A stretch of DNA of 64,000 nucleotides from Perna viridis (lineage: Eukaryota): positions 26,350,001 through 26,414,000 of the forward strand of contig CM074522.1 of the NCBI GenBank assembly GCA_037379345.1. Direction: 5' to 3'. The translations under genes were made by a program, and so were the position numbers. This document shows positions 1 to 13,500 of this stretch, one piece after another. The first letter of the stretch is position 1; each line of letters begins with the position of its first letter. The notes under the pieces were generated by a model. That model did no database searches, was not told the DNA's origin, and saw only the letters and a list, made by a program, of their open reading frames with translations.

Positions 1-433
1 TTCATTTTAAGGGGTTATACATAAGAAAAATATTAAAATCAAAACATTGTTTCTATCAAAAATTGGATAAGAATAAGGAAAAAGTAATGCTTCAAGTTTT
101 GTTGGTTCGTAATTTATCAGTAATTAACTGTTTTATATTACATAATTAAGAGTATTGATAGACATCTCTCCTCTGTTAAAATACGAGGTGGTCGGAATTT
201 GCATTGAGCAATTTATCTTCATCAGGAAGTCATTATGACCGTCTTATCGCAACTTTTTTGTCTCAGGTTAAACAAGTACAGACTGTACACATGTGTTCGT
301 ATTAACAAAAAAAAAAGATACATAACAGGCAAAATCATGATATATACCGTGCATGATTGAATGAAAGGAGTATGTGAAACCTGAACCTAAATAAACACCC
401 TACGTATTCACAGACTTATTTACTTCGCCTTAC

Positions 434-527
434 CATCGTACAGTTACAAGAATGTCAAATGTTCAAGTCAATGATAAGGTGACCAGACGGCACACTATTT
501 ACATTTTCATTTGACCTGTAATTTATA
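434..527 (-). promoter_or_regulatory. Candidate TATA box + first exon ending in ATG|GTAAGG of a gene running off the left edge
   Basis: TATAAA at 522-527 and ACGATG|GTAAGG at 434-436. Layout and short motifs are shared with gene 1 exon 1. Confidence 0.35.
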
Positions 528-1112
528 CATGTATAAATGTTTCACGATATGTGATAACCATTCGAATTGTGTATTTAAAGCAAAAACTGTGATATTAAAC
601 CTTCTTGAACTCACGGGCAGCTACAGCTATATTATGTTAGGTGTTAGCGAATCTGATTCGTAATATGTACCAATACCGGGAACGATGCTGTTGATAACGG
701 GAATATTTTCCGCATAACCCATGTCGTTAAACAGTGCACATCGAACTGATTCTAATGACAGCTTATCAAAACATTAATAAAAATGTATTGCCACTCATAT
801 TTTAAAATATAGAATGCTTATAAAATTCATGCTCCGATTAAGATAATATAATTTGAGTTATATTCCTTTTCAAATGTGAGTTAACTTATCAAACAGCTAG
901 TAGAACTAATCAATTTACGTTTATTGATCCCGATCGACTGTGCGACATCTGTCAATTTCTTATTTTCAAATTCGAATTTTTTCCTGTTAAGGCTGCTTCT
1001 GCGAAAAACCGAACGCTATCCAGTTTGGCTAAAAACTTTCTTTTGACACAATTTAAAGAATATCTATTACACTGAGCATTCTTTTCTGTCATCTTGCTAA
1101 ATCATACAGATA

Positions 1113-2766
1113 TAGTTGCGATCACTTCTAACCTCTCTTAAATTCTGTGAGAATCTGTCAGGAAACCTGTTCTACGACAGTAGTTAGAACAGAAATCCTG
1201 ACAGATCCTGAGGGTCTGACAGAGGCTGTCCTGAGACACAATACCCTATTCCCTGACAGATTCTGATAGAAACTGTCCTTGGTAGTGACAAAGAATATAC
1301 GAAAAGATGTTCTAAACTGTCATATCCCTGGGCAATTCCTGACACTTAATCTTTCTATAATGTGTGACGTAATTTAGAACAGTAAGTCGGCGATTAATAA
1401 ACGAAACTGTGTGATTAATGTAAATTAGCAAATCCGATTAGGAAAAATTTACATTGAATTTCCAATTATGTAGAGCTTGTATCATCGTTCAAAAATTATC
1501 ATTGTTTACATGTGTAATTTTTTTACATTCTGTCATAGACCTGTAATTTAATTAAATTATTTAAATATAAAATTAAAGGTCTATATGTCAGTTCTAAGTG
1601 TAAAAACGGTAACCGATAACTTTCAGATGTTTGGTAATCCTAACGAAGTTCAAGATTAACAAAGTACTTTTTGAGTGTAAGCTACTTTTAAATAACATAA
1701 GGGTCACAAATTATTCTATAAAATGTTAAAATTGACAATGTTAGCATTAAAAGGGTGACTGATACCTAAATATTTCGGACAAAATTCTTCAAAATGCTAT
1801 TTGTAGCAACGAATATGAAAGTGAGCGCTTGCAATTTACCTATATGGTCTTATATGAAAAAATGTACAAATTATAAATATTAGTTTCATATTATTGACTG
1901 TGACACCTGTATTTAAGTAAAAATTATACAAACTCTGCAAAATGTATGAGTGTTAGTAGTTTTATTTTTCATAATGGTCTATAACTATTGACTAAAATGC
2001 TAATATTTTCAATGTAACTATCATGTAGGTGCTTGAGACACATTATTTTGAGTCAAAATTCTTATAAAATTACATAATCTTGCAAAATGTATGAGTGGGC
2101 ATACTTTTAATATCGAAAAGGGTCTAAAATCATGAACTAATATGTTACTTGTTTTCAATATAATTATCATGTGGGTCACTGCAACACATATATTGCAGTC
2201 AAAAATCTTCAAAAATGTCCTGTTCCTGCACATGTATGTGTGCGCACACTTATAATTTTCATGATAGTCTACTAATCATTTACTAAAAAGCTAGTTTTTT
2301 TAACTATAATTTTTTGGCATATATTTCAGTCAAATTCTTCAAAATGTATGAGTTTGACGTTTTGAATACTTTAAGTGTCATACAGGTCCAAACTTTCTGT
2401 ATGAAATGTTTAAAATTGTCAATATAGGCACTCTGTATCATAGTTTTTGTTGGTACTGCATGCCATACTTGGTGCTAAGACTTTTTTTCGGAATCACGTT
2501 CATGTACGCTATGCAATTCAGTCTGAGAAGTATTCTTGAGCTAGTGACTATCAGGAACTCTTCTAATCCACGTATCTATTCTACCTAGAAACGTTCCTGA
2601 CAGAAGAGAGTCAGGACGCATGACAGATTATGACAGAGCTTGTCCAAAGCTCTGACAGACCCTGACAAGGTAAGTCGTGGGTCAGAACAGTTTCTGACAG
2701 CTTAAAACTGTTCTATGACAGCGAATCCTGACAGAATCGAAGAGAGGTTAGAAGTGATCGCAACTG
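1113..2766. mobile_element. Non-autonomous TIR DNA transposon (Tc1/mariner-like ends), ~1.65 kb
   Basis: Perfect 26-bp inverted repeat AGTTGCGATCACTTCTAACCTCTCTT (1114-1139 / 2740-2765), subterminal CTGACAG motifs, internal diverged ~145-bp tandem repeats, no ORF. Confidence 0.8.
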
Positions 2767-4432
2767 CATATATATTTAATTAAATGATAGCGTTTATATG
2801 ATGTAAAAATAATACGTTTTAATTATTTAAAAATAGTTTTTTACATAAAATTTTTAAACCTATCATTACAAACATTAATCGTAAAATGCCTTTTATAACT
2901 TTAAAAAAAGATATTAAAATATTCGTACGATAAACTCGTGTTCTTTCACTTCCATACATTTTTTATGATAGATATCCATTTCTATCTGCAACTATTTCTA
3001 TTTCAATTGAAAAAGAAAATCACTAATACAATAATTAACATGTAATTATCAACCTTTTTGAGAATTAAGATATGGTTTTATTAATTAAGTTAATTAATTG
3101 TGGAATTCCTAGTTTAAATTTTGCTGCAAATTAATTTCTGCTGTAGGGTCTCTTATATCGTTATGGGATAATTGCAACCGACTCAGTAAGGAGACAGGAG
3201 TACAAAATGGCATCTAACAATAATTTGTCGAATTATGGTCTTCAACCCTTGAGTAAAAAGGGGAACCAAGTTAAGAGCAGAGCTCAACTCAATAGAATAT
3301 AATCCATTGACAATGACCACACGGTGAAAATAGTTACATAAAGCAAAGAACATGTAACGACTAAAATAACATGTACACAGAAACAAAAGCAAATGAGCAA
3401 CAGACTTGAAACATGGACCAGGTGTACCGGTAGGGTAAACGTCCCTTGCATTTTCTAGAAACACCGCCGAGTCATAAAATGGGAAGACCGTGGTTGACGA
3501 AAGTGGAAAGTTTCAAATCGGAGCGCGGTATTTGTTACTGAGCTATGCTCATTGTTATTTCAGTTTATTGTATAGTTGATTTGTTAATTCATAATCATAT
3601 TTTTCTTTACATTACCTACAAACTAATTAGTCAATGACACTAATTTTATAGATACTAAACACGTAATGAATTATTTGAAGTAAGTTCGTATATTGAGATC
3701 TCAGTGTTGCATATTAAACAAATTGCATATTATTAAACATTTTAACCAAAGTTGTCTATGTATATATCTCCAAAAAATGAAGTTATTTATGGGAAATAAC
3801 TGTATTTGTTTTCTTTTTTGTTGTGATTTATTCCTTTTATCTAGATTAACAAATATCTTAATAATCTTTGATGAAAATAAGATTATTGGCGCATTAAGTA
3901 ATAGTTCGAAAATAACACTGGTAAAATATTTGCACTACAACTTAAAATTGCAGTATATAAATGCCAATGCTTGGGTTTAATATCAATATTGGCATCTTGT
4001 CGGCCCAACTAGTTGTCAAAGATAAATGAAAATATTAAAAAAGCTCGATGTTATGCACTCAAAATAACAAAGCTGCATCTGGATATATGTTACATGCATT
4101 TATAATTTGGTATATAGGGAGACTTGTCTTTATAGTAGATTTGTCTTTGCAGAGCGATTTACACATAAAATAATTAATTGGTTTAGAAAATATGATAAGC
4201 ATTTCTGTGGTAAGTGGCAGCACTTACACAAAGTTCTCAATAGACTACAACACTTCATAGATGCTTGGTGATTGAAGCCAAGTATCAAAAATGTAACCAC
4301 CACTAGATACATATCAAGTAAAATAGAGGTTTATGAATGCTCAACAGTACATATGTCCATCTTAAGTTGTGTTGTGTTTTTTAAACAGCGAAAAACATCA
4401 TATAACAAAAGATCACATTCCTATTAGTTCCA

Positions 4433-4434
<2 letters not shown>

Positions 4435-4463
<29 letters not shown>
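4435..4463. repeat. (TTA)n microsatellite immediately after the gene 1 stop codon
   Basis: Read directly from sequence. Confidence 0.9.
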
Positions 4464-4550
4464 TCACCATTGTAGAACGTGGTAGTGAAGAGAATCTGGA
4501 CTGGTGACATTTTGTAAGGTAGGTATTCCACCGCACTGTTGTCTTACAAT
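4464..4550 (-). CDS. Gene 1 terminal exon
   Basis: tgtttag|[28 protein letters not shown]; AATAAA follows at 4434-4439 on the minus strand. Confidence 0.85.
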   Translation of the reverse strand: MVRQQCGGIPTLQNVTSPDSLHYHVLQW

Positions 4551-7500
4551 CTAAACAGATTAAAACAGAAGTAAATAGTATTCTTTTCATCTTAATGAAT
4601 TTGAAATTAAAGAGGCATTTAAACACCTTCATTTGCTGCGTTTCCAGACATATACCATTACACAGATAAAATTGTTAGTTTGAAAATCTAAACCTTATGA
4701 CAACCATGTGGTAAACTTTTCCTTTATTAAATACAATAAAACAGTACTTCCGGCATATGAAGTACACACATGATCTGCTCTGCCATGCAGGTTACTTGTA
4801 CATTGAATTTCAAGGTAAATCTATTATAACCTATTTCAGCAGGGGTTTTAATCAATTGGACAAACGCCTAAATATCGCCGTTGAAATCTGATTGAACGGT
4901 ACCAGGTTTTATTCTCACAGAGCAGAAAATATATCATTAACTTGCTTCAAGTCTTACCAGTATGCCAACCAAACAACGCCTAACGGATTATATACATTCG
5001 CAGTGTGACGGTTGTCACTGGCAGTTACATTGTAAACGTGCTTACCTGCTGGAGCCACTTTTCACAAAATTGAATTTGATTTCGTTGCCTGCAGTGTTAG
5101 TTGATCTTTTCTTTTCAGTGTTTTGCCATATCTTTAGCTTATGATATCTTTTAATTATTATGTTATTTTTTACTGTATTTTTGCTGATACACTACTTAAT
5201 GACCGTATTTGTTATTCATCTGCAATTTTACGCGTTTTATTTTAGTTTTGAAACGTTATGTTCAGAATTATTCTATGCTGATTGAATGGATAAATATGCA
5301 TTCAACATTTTAACTGAACAACTTTATAACAGGAATATTTGACAATTTTTACTAATAATTGATCGGATCAAACAGCTACAGGTCTTTGAGAAACTATATG
5401 AACTTTTTTTTTTATGTTTTCTTTTTTTGTTTGTTTTTTTTTTGTTTTATTTTTTGCATGTGCCTTGTATATTCAATGTTTATTTTATCTACTTATCATA
5501 TGTTGAATTTGTTTCATATACTTTTTTTTTAAAATGTTTGGTTTCAATCCATTCTCAAATCGCCTTTAAAACAGAGAAATAGTGTAAGAAAACATGCATG
5601 CACTGTAGATGAATATTCACCTCAATTTGACCGTTGTTATAACAACTAATTAAAACTCCTACATGATCTGTTAAGTGACCATTTCTCAGCTTACCAACTG
5701 GAATATATGATGGCAAACTGTGGCAAAGATTGGATACCTATTCAAATAAATATGTATATTTTATATACGTTTGGTACAAAGCTAATGAACAACAGAAAAA
5801 AAGACGCATTTACAGTTTTATCAACTGATCAATTCATTGAAAATTATACCTACAGTATACATCGGAATAATTATTCGTAGCTACATACATGTATCTGCCA
5901 AATTATGATGCCAAATATGAGGGTGAACTCCCTCATTCCAAAACTGAAATGAGGGTAATAGTCCGCAAGGACATTTATTTGATGTATACAAAAACATTTT
6001 TGACGCAACGACAGTTTTTAGCAATAAATAATAACGTCTTAAACAAGGTATCTGTGTCATTATTTAATTATCACAGACCCAATATGGTTCATATATTTGT
6101 GAAACAAATTTTAAAAAATGACACCATTTAACTGTTAATGTTGAATCTAAATACGACTTATAAGGGTTTGCAAGAATCATATTAAGCTTTGAAAATGACA
6201 CAAAAGATAATACAAATAATGAAAAGATACAACAAAGGACTATGGAGGTATTCGAATGCATGATTTGACTAAAAATTCTTGTCAATGTTTCTTCGATCCC
6301 TGCATCACGTTTACTGAAAAATCGGGCAAAATAACATCCCAAAATAGGTCGTATGCTGTTCGCTAATGAATTAAAATATTCCTCATTTTTTAAAAATTAC
6401 TTTTAAAAATATCGATGCCATGTTCTGAATTGACGAAAAATTCTCTTATGATGCTGTTTAAAAAAAAATAATAAAACAAAACAAAAACAAACAAACAAAA
6501 AACAACGAATTCGGTGCATTTATCTTGCATTTTGTGACTCCCGTCAGGGAGGGGCTGCATCATTGTAGCTAGATAATTACCAGATTACAGTCACTTGCAG
6601 TATGACGTATGTCGCTAGCGGTTCAGGACATACCGACCTTTTTGGGACACCTGATACATATATTACTCCCGGTTTTACGTGCGAGTTCATATTACCATAG
6701 TAGAGTTTTGTGTAAAGTTTAGTTTTCCTTTTTATATTTAATTTATTCTATTCGTTTCTCAGCATTATGAATGTAAATCATCTTAGTCTCCAGATTTCTG
6801 GCCATGTATTAGGGTTTTCATGTATTTTAATAGTCGCATTGTTCTCTATTTGCTATTTTGTTAGTGTCTCCGACTATTGTATAAATTAACCATTTCCAAA
6901 TTTACCTCAATACCAGGACTCCAATTCGAGATCGATGGAGCTCCACAGAGATTCATGATTAATGCATCTGCTGAATTTGTGCCATCTAAACATCCGTTCG
7001 ATGACACAGCTTGAAGGCTTTGACCCTTGGCAATGCTTGTAATGGTGCTGAACTTATTGCACTGTCTAACTTTTGGTACTTAAGAATCAGATACATACAA
7101 ATAATTGACTTAAACACGTATGATAAAAGACAACACAGCAGCAAATAACATCTCCAATAAGCATATGTATCATTTTGTGTTTGTTTTATTGTATCAATAA
7201 TATTAATATGATTTCAGGCTTTACCTATGACGGACAGAATCTATATATTAGTCAAATACCAAATTAGTTGATAATGCACACCAGTAATACGTCCAAGATA
7301 TACGAAAGGTGAAAACAAATATAAATAAAATGGTGAATAAATCAGTTTTAATTGTGCATATTGAAACACTATAACGACCCATGATTTCCTAATGACGACT
7401 ATAATATTTTTATGTAATGACTTTAATCTGGTAGCACCATCAACCGGATCCAGAAGCCTACTTGTTAGCAGTCTTGTATGGTTCGAAAGTTCTACGTAGT

Positions 7501-10500
7501 TAGGCGAGCTTTGGCATAACGTATGGGATACGTGATAGAAAAACTTTATACACATGAATACATGTCGGAAATTAAACACGTTTTCTATTCGGAAGGTATT
7601 ACTCTCTCGTATAGTTTGTTTTTCTTGTGTTTTCCCTTTTCACCCATCTCTATGAAAAGGTCAAACTAAGGAGCTGATTTCAGTCAGTAGTGTTATTTAT
7701 CTCAGGAGGTAAATGCAATCTATAAAATCTCCGAATTTAATTTGGTACATTAGAGACCAAACATAGACTATAAGACAAAAACTGGAATTAAAGGATCTTT
7801 CGTATATAATAAGATATAAATTCCTCGCAAGACTGAATGAATATGTCAGCGAGTAGCGGAGCATACGTTGCATTACCGACCGTATGTTGAACATCACGTC
7901 CATTGAATGGACAATTATGGTGTCCTTTTAAAATTCTAGCATTTTTACAACATCTTTTTTTAATACATTTTGAAAATGATGAGGAATCGATTTTTTACAG
8001 TTTGAAAAATCCCAGCTAGACACTCAGTACTATGTTTAAGCATCGAATTTATTCATCTGTCATAGAGTAACAACGATATTTATGCATATTGCATTTAAGT
8101 CGAGATTTCAAATGAGAATGGGGAATATTAGTATAAAAAAAAACAGATCTTGGTGCTTTTATTTTCCGATAATACAAATATAGATTTACCTGTTGTTGGT
8201 GTCTGTGTCGAAGTTGTTGGTATTGTTTTTGTATTTTGGGTTGTTGGGGCTAAAACGACAGAACATAAAATGTTTGATAATTGAATACAATTATTTATTT
8301 TCCAAATCATGCTGGACCATTGAGTTACAATGTCATTGAAATGCACTGAAAACAAAAATTTCAAAAGCAGATATCTCTGTCAAAAACCTGATTTTTCTAA
8401 CATTCTATTGAAAAATTTCTGAGCAAATTCAATGATGCAGAGGTAAAAAAAATGGTCCTTTCAAATAGAGAAAGCATCCTTGAGTGATCAGTTGGGTTTT
8501 GACATTCATGTTTCCCATTTTCCCCATTTTGCCATGATTCTTAGAATACTTACAATGTAATCCATTTTAAAAGACTACGAATAAAAACAGTTTATATCAA
8601 GTGTTAAATGTAATTCACTGTATGGTATAGATACAAATAACAATCATCGTCTCATAATGAACTATTTATTGGTATAAAGAACTTACATATGTATATAACA
8701 CTATTGATACATACACAAATATGTTCAAATGAATACACCGGAGTTTTATTTAACCACATACATTTATTTAGTAGTTAAAGTCCGTTGGTTATGTAAATAA
8801 GCGATAATTTTCTGTTACCATAAATGCAGTTATATCATATTTATTTATGATATTTCAGAATTTGAATTTAGTAAACATAAAGACAACAAATAACCAAGTG
8901 TTATATTTGTGTCTGTTAAAGCAATAATGAAAACTAAACATTTTTACTTTTAGAAATAGATAATGAGATAATGACGCCTTTGAAGATATGATGTTCTACA
9001 TTCAATCAATCAGCAGGTATATATTTGTTTAATAACAGTTGCCGCTTTCTGCTTATTAAATCTATTGGTATTTTTCTTGTTTTGTTTTTGCTTTTGTCAC
9101 GTTTTTCACTGATAATTTAAACTTCACATTCGTGACTTATCGGAACGTCTATCTACTGGTATTCACACGTTCTTATAAAATATTACATTTTAATAGCTTA
9201 CGTGGGGACGGTGTAGTAGTCGTTATCTCTATAATAAAAAGAAGTTAATACATATATAGATATGTATGTTCGAAGCATGCAAGAGTCTAATGAAACGTGT
9301 ATCTGCAATCATTGTCTTGAAATACAAATACAATTTGTCGAATACAGATGTGCTTAGTAAACATAAACATTGTCAAAAGACCACGCCCATAATGATCAAA
9401 CAATACACGTGAAGACTGTTATTCACTATGCATTCGGTGTAACAATACCTAATCAATTTGGCAGGGCCATATAGGAATATATCCAAATAAAACAAATTTT
9501 ACCTGTTTTAAAAAAAAACGGTTCTATCCTTTTTTTTTATTTCAGAACAAAATATAAGTATAGTATATGTATATGAGGCTAAAGAACAAGGCAAACTGCG
9601 TATATACATCGAAAATATATGGAAAAGTGATTATGGGTAGTTTATAACAGTTAAATGTATGGCAAGAACAACAAACCTAAATATATCGACAAGAACAAAA
9701 CCACATATTATGGCTGGATGAGCTGGTTTTTAGATACAAGTATAATTTTCTTCCCGAGAAACTGCTACAGATAATATTATGATTTCTTTATAAACTCTTT
9801 AAAATTAATTTTATTACTATAGTAACCATTAAATGTTCATATCCTTGACGTTCTCGAACAGATCAGTTCAGACAAGTAAACAACGAAAACTGTATTTACA
9901 TGTACATGTAAAAACTGTAACACAGATTTTATCGAACATTTAATATACACTGTGAAAGAGTTATTTACGGATTCGGACGAAAATCAAATGAATATATTCC
10001 AGGGATACAGACTACACAAGGAAAATATACACACACAAACTTGGGAGCATGAACCATGTACACCGACAGGGTAAGCATCCTACGCTTTTCTAGAAATAAT
10101 ATTTCTTTTCAAGAAAAGCTCTTTATTTTTTTAGTTTTTGACACAAGTCATCTATCTAAATAAAAATAAAAGTTCAAAATAAAAGTTGTTTAACGTTGTT
10201 TCTCATGTTTGGATACTGGTGTAGTAGAATTTTGTCCAGACACTTATGAAAGCTGGCGACTTCCGATTATGGAAAACAAATGAAAAAAGAATAGTATGTG
10301 CATGTACGTACATACCTGTCTGACACTGTACTCCTGTGTACCCAGACTGACAAATGCATGCGTAGGAACTTCGACTACTGACACAAAACCCATTGACACA
10401 TGGTTTCGAAAAGCAATCTGAGATAACAAAAAAAAATATACCAATACACACTTTCATATGATGTTATCTTAGAAAAAAAATATATTACTATATTATATAT

Positions 10501-13500
10501 GAGTGATTTACAATACCTGAACAAAAAAGATAATTGGATTTTTGTTACTTTTAGTCAGAAATATTTTGTGTATGAATGTAAACGCAAACATTCATTTCAA
10601 AACGGTTCGATGGAGACAATTTCAACTTCACTGTATATATTATCAGATATGAAAGTTCTCTAACTAGTATAACTTGATATTTATATATGAAATAAATTAG
10701 GTAATTCAACCTTAATTCAATCAAAACGTTAAAGCACTTTCTTTCTAAATAGGATAACCAAAATAAAAAATATAAGTATTCATACCACGAACGCTTGTTG
10801 GGAAACTAGTGCAGTCGTTCCGGGTTTTCTATATCACTCGTGATATTATTTTTATGTGTGTTATTCACATGTTTTGTAAATTAACAAAGTATTTTTCTTG
10901 TTCATAAACAATTCGATCAACAGATACTTACGATCAATTGCTGCAAAATAATAACAAGATTTTAAATATAACGCCATGTTTTCATATTTTTAAGATTTTG
11001 TTTATACGAATGGAGCTACGTGTACAGCGACGTCTTATATACATGAAGGTGTCTGAAATATCATTGGTTCAAATAGCTCTATTTTTAATGACATACGTTA
11101 TTTGCAATTGATTGTTTGGACATGTTACGCAATGTAAGTGGGTGCTCTTTGGAGTTCTGCATTTTTCCGTTAGTCGGAACTTTGGTGGTGTATCCTTAAC
11201 AATGTCAAATACAAAAAGCTCCGCCCCTCTTAGATCAGGCCTAAAATCATATAAAAAAACTTAATTCAAATTTAATATAAAGAAAGGAATATTCATATTT
11301 GTTATTTAAATCTAAAATAAAATATGCTTGCCTGTTTCGCAAAACATTCCTGTATACCCAATCATGCATGCGCATTCGGAGAGTCCGTTTACAGTATAGC
11401 ATTTTCCGCCATTTTTACAACTGATTCTCGCACAGGCTACCGATGTTAAATATTTTTAGTATATGCATATCATATAACATATTTGAAAACATATATATTT
11501 TTATTTAGTTTCGCAAATGTGAATTATTTGTAGATATTCGTTTTCGAATTGTAGCAGTATTGTTGTAGATCAATGCGTTTTTATGAAGCATCATGTTCCT
11601 TTTACGGGGTGAATGGGATCTTGTAATTGTATTGGCATTATTCAATTTTGTAAAATAATAAGCTAATATATTGATCTTTTTATAAAAAAGAATAAAGAAA
11701 AAAAAAGCAACGGTACAAAGTAAAATAAGCACACAAACCAGAGCAAAGAATATCAAAATGACAAAAGATATAGGAACATCAATTCAAACATGACCAAACT
11801 GAAAGTTAACGAAAAAATGAGCAGACTGTGTCTAAAATTGAAGGAAACACATGCATTATATTCAAGTTTAACATTTATTCAACCATTTATTTTTTTTATT
11901 TTGTTTCTGAGACCGCAGTGTTTTTTTAAATTCAGTTTCAGTTTGAAAAGGTAACTTATCTATGCGTTTCGTTTAATTTTGTTGTATGTTTGGTTAACAC
12001 ATATTTAACTGTCATTCATGTAAATATACTTACGATTTATTGCTGCAAAAAAGGAACAACAACAATGTTCTTAATATTCACATACGAAATATATATTTGT
12101 CAGAATATTCTATTTAACGATAGTATTGTGAATGTATTTGCTGCAGCACTTTAAATACTGTGCTGACTATGACAAACGATTTCACAAAAACCTATGTTAA
12201 GATTAGTACAATATTTGAATATTTTGCAATACATTTGCGTCAAATATGACATGAATCAGGAAAAAGTCTTCACATGTATAAGCAGCTAATTCTCGATACT
12301 TTTAAATGATAGAAACAAACAATATATGCATATAAAAATATATTTATTTATATTTTATTTTGTTGCATTTTTTTTCTATACGGCCAATTCAAATAATTAT
12401 CGCTATTTACTGAGGTTTCTTTTTTAAATACTTTTTAAATGCTGTCTAGAATTGATATTTTACTATCAATTACAGTTACAGCTCCAGTAAAAATGTCATA
12501 CTTTTTGCATCTTTCATTTTGCTGAATGATATATTCAGCAACGATTTAATTTCGCGGTTTTCAAAGCTCGCAAAATAAGCGAATAGAAGCTACACTATTT
12601 CTAAAGCTACAGTATACTTACGTTGGTCACAATATTGTCCTGTATACTGATGGTCACAAGAACACACGTAGGAAGTAGGTTCATTTATGCACTGTCCGTG
12701 TATACATTTAGAATGTGCACAATCTAGAAAAACAGGTTATACATTGATATATAAATAACATCAAGACTTTAAAAGTCATTAAGAAAAATCAACCGTTCGA
12801 GAGAAAATCAACAAATGAGAGAGTGATATTTTGTCCATTTGCTGATGTTACATGTATATTAGGGAAAGGGCTTAATGACCAATGACACTGCTATTGAAAA
12901 CCCTACACATTTATATTGAAATGTGACTTTGTCAGTCTACAAAAACACGTTTCTTAGTCGTAAATTATGTTGAAACGCGCAAATATATGGTGTAACTACA
13001 AAGTTATACAAGTACTTACATTTTCACAAGTATATTTTTCCATTAGTGTTAAACAGTTGTGAGATGGATTTTTTTTTCTACTCGTAGAACAAAGGATTGT
13101 TTTTTTAGAAACAAGATGCATAATATTGTAGAAGGTATCGTAAGGACTCAAACATGCCAATGCATTGGAAAGGTACCGTGCTGCACCGTCAATTTATCAT
13201 CAATTCACCTCTATATATACGACGGATTGTTTTAGAATCGTGCAAGAATGTTTAGTATAAATATTACTTACGATTTGTGACTGAAAATTAAAAAAAAAGA
13301 AAGAAATAAATATACATATATATATAGAGAGATTCGGCTTGAATATATATATGCTTTGTTATGAAAAATATATAATTGAAAGTAATCGTACAATACCTCT
13401 TTTCAATGCTTTGTAAAATATCCACAATGTTTGAATAATATGCTATAATTGAAAGAAAAAAAATGGATCTAATTAAAAAAGGGACCAACAGTGCCATTCT

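Noticed and set aside
1140-2740. CRISPR-like or prokaryotic repeat array
   Set aside because: Irregular subterminal transposon motifs with no constant repeat-spacer structure. The window is clearly eukaryotic, with spliceosomal introns.
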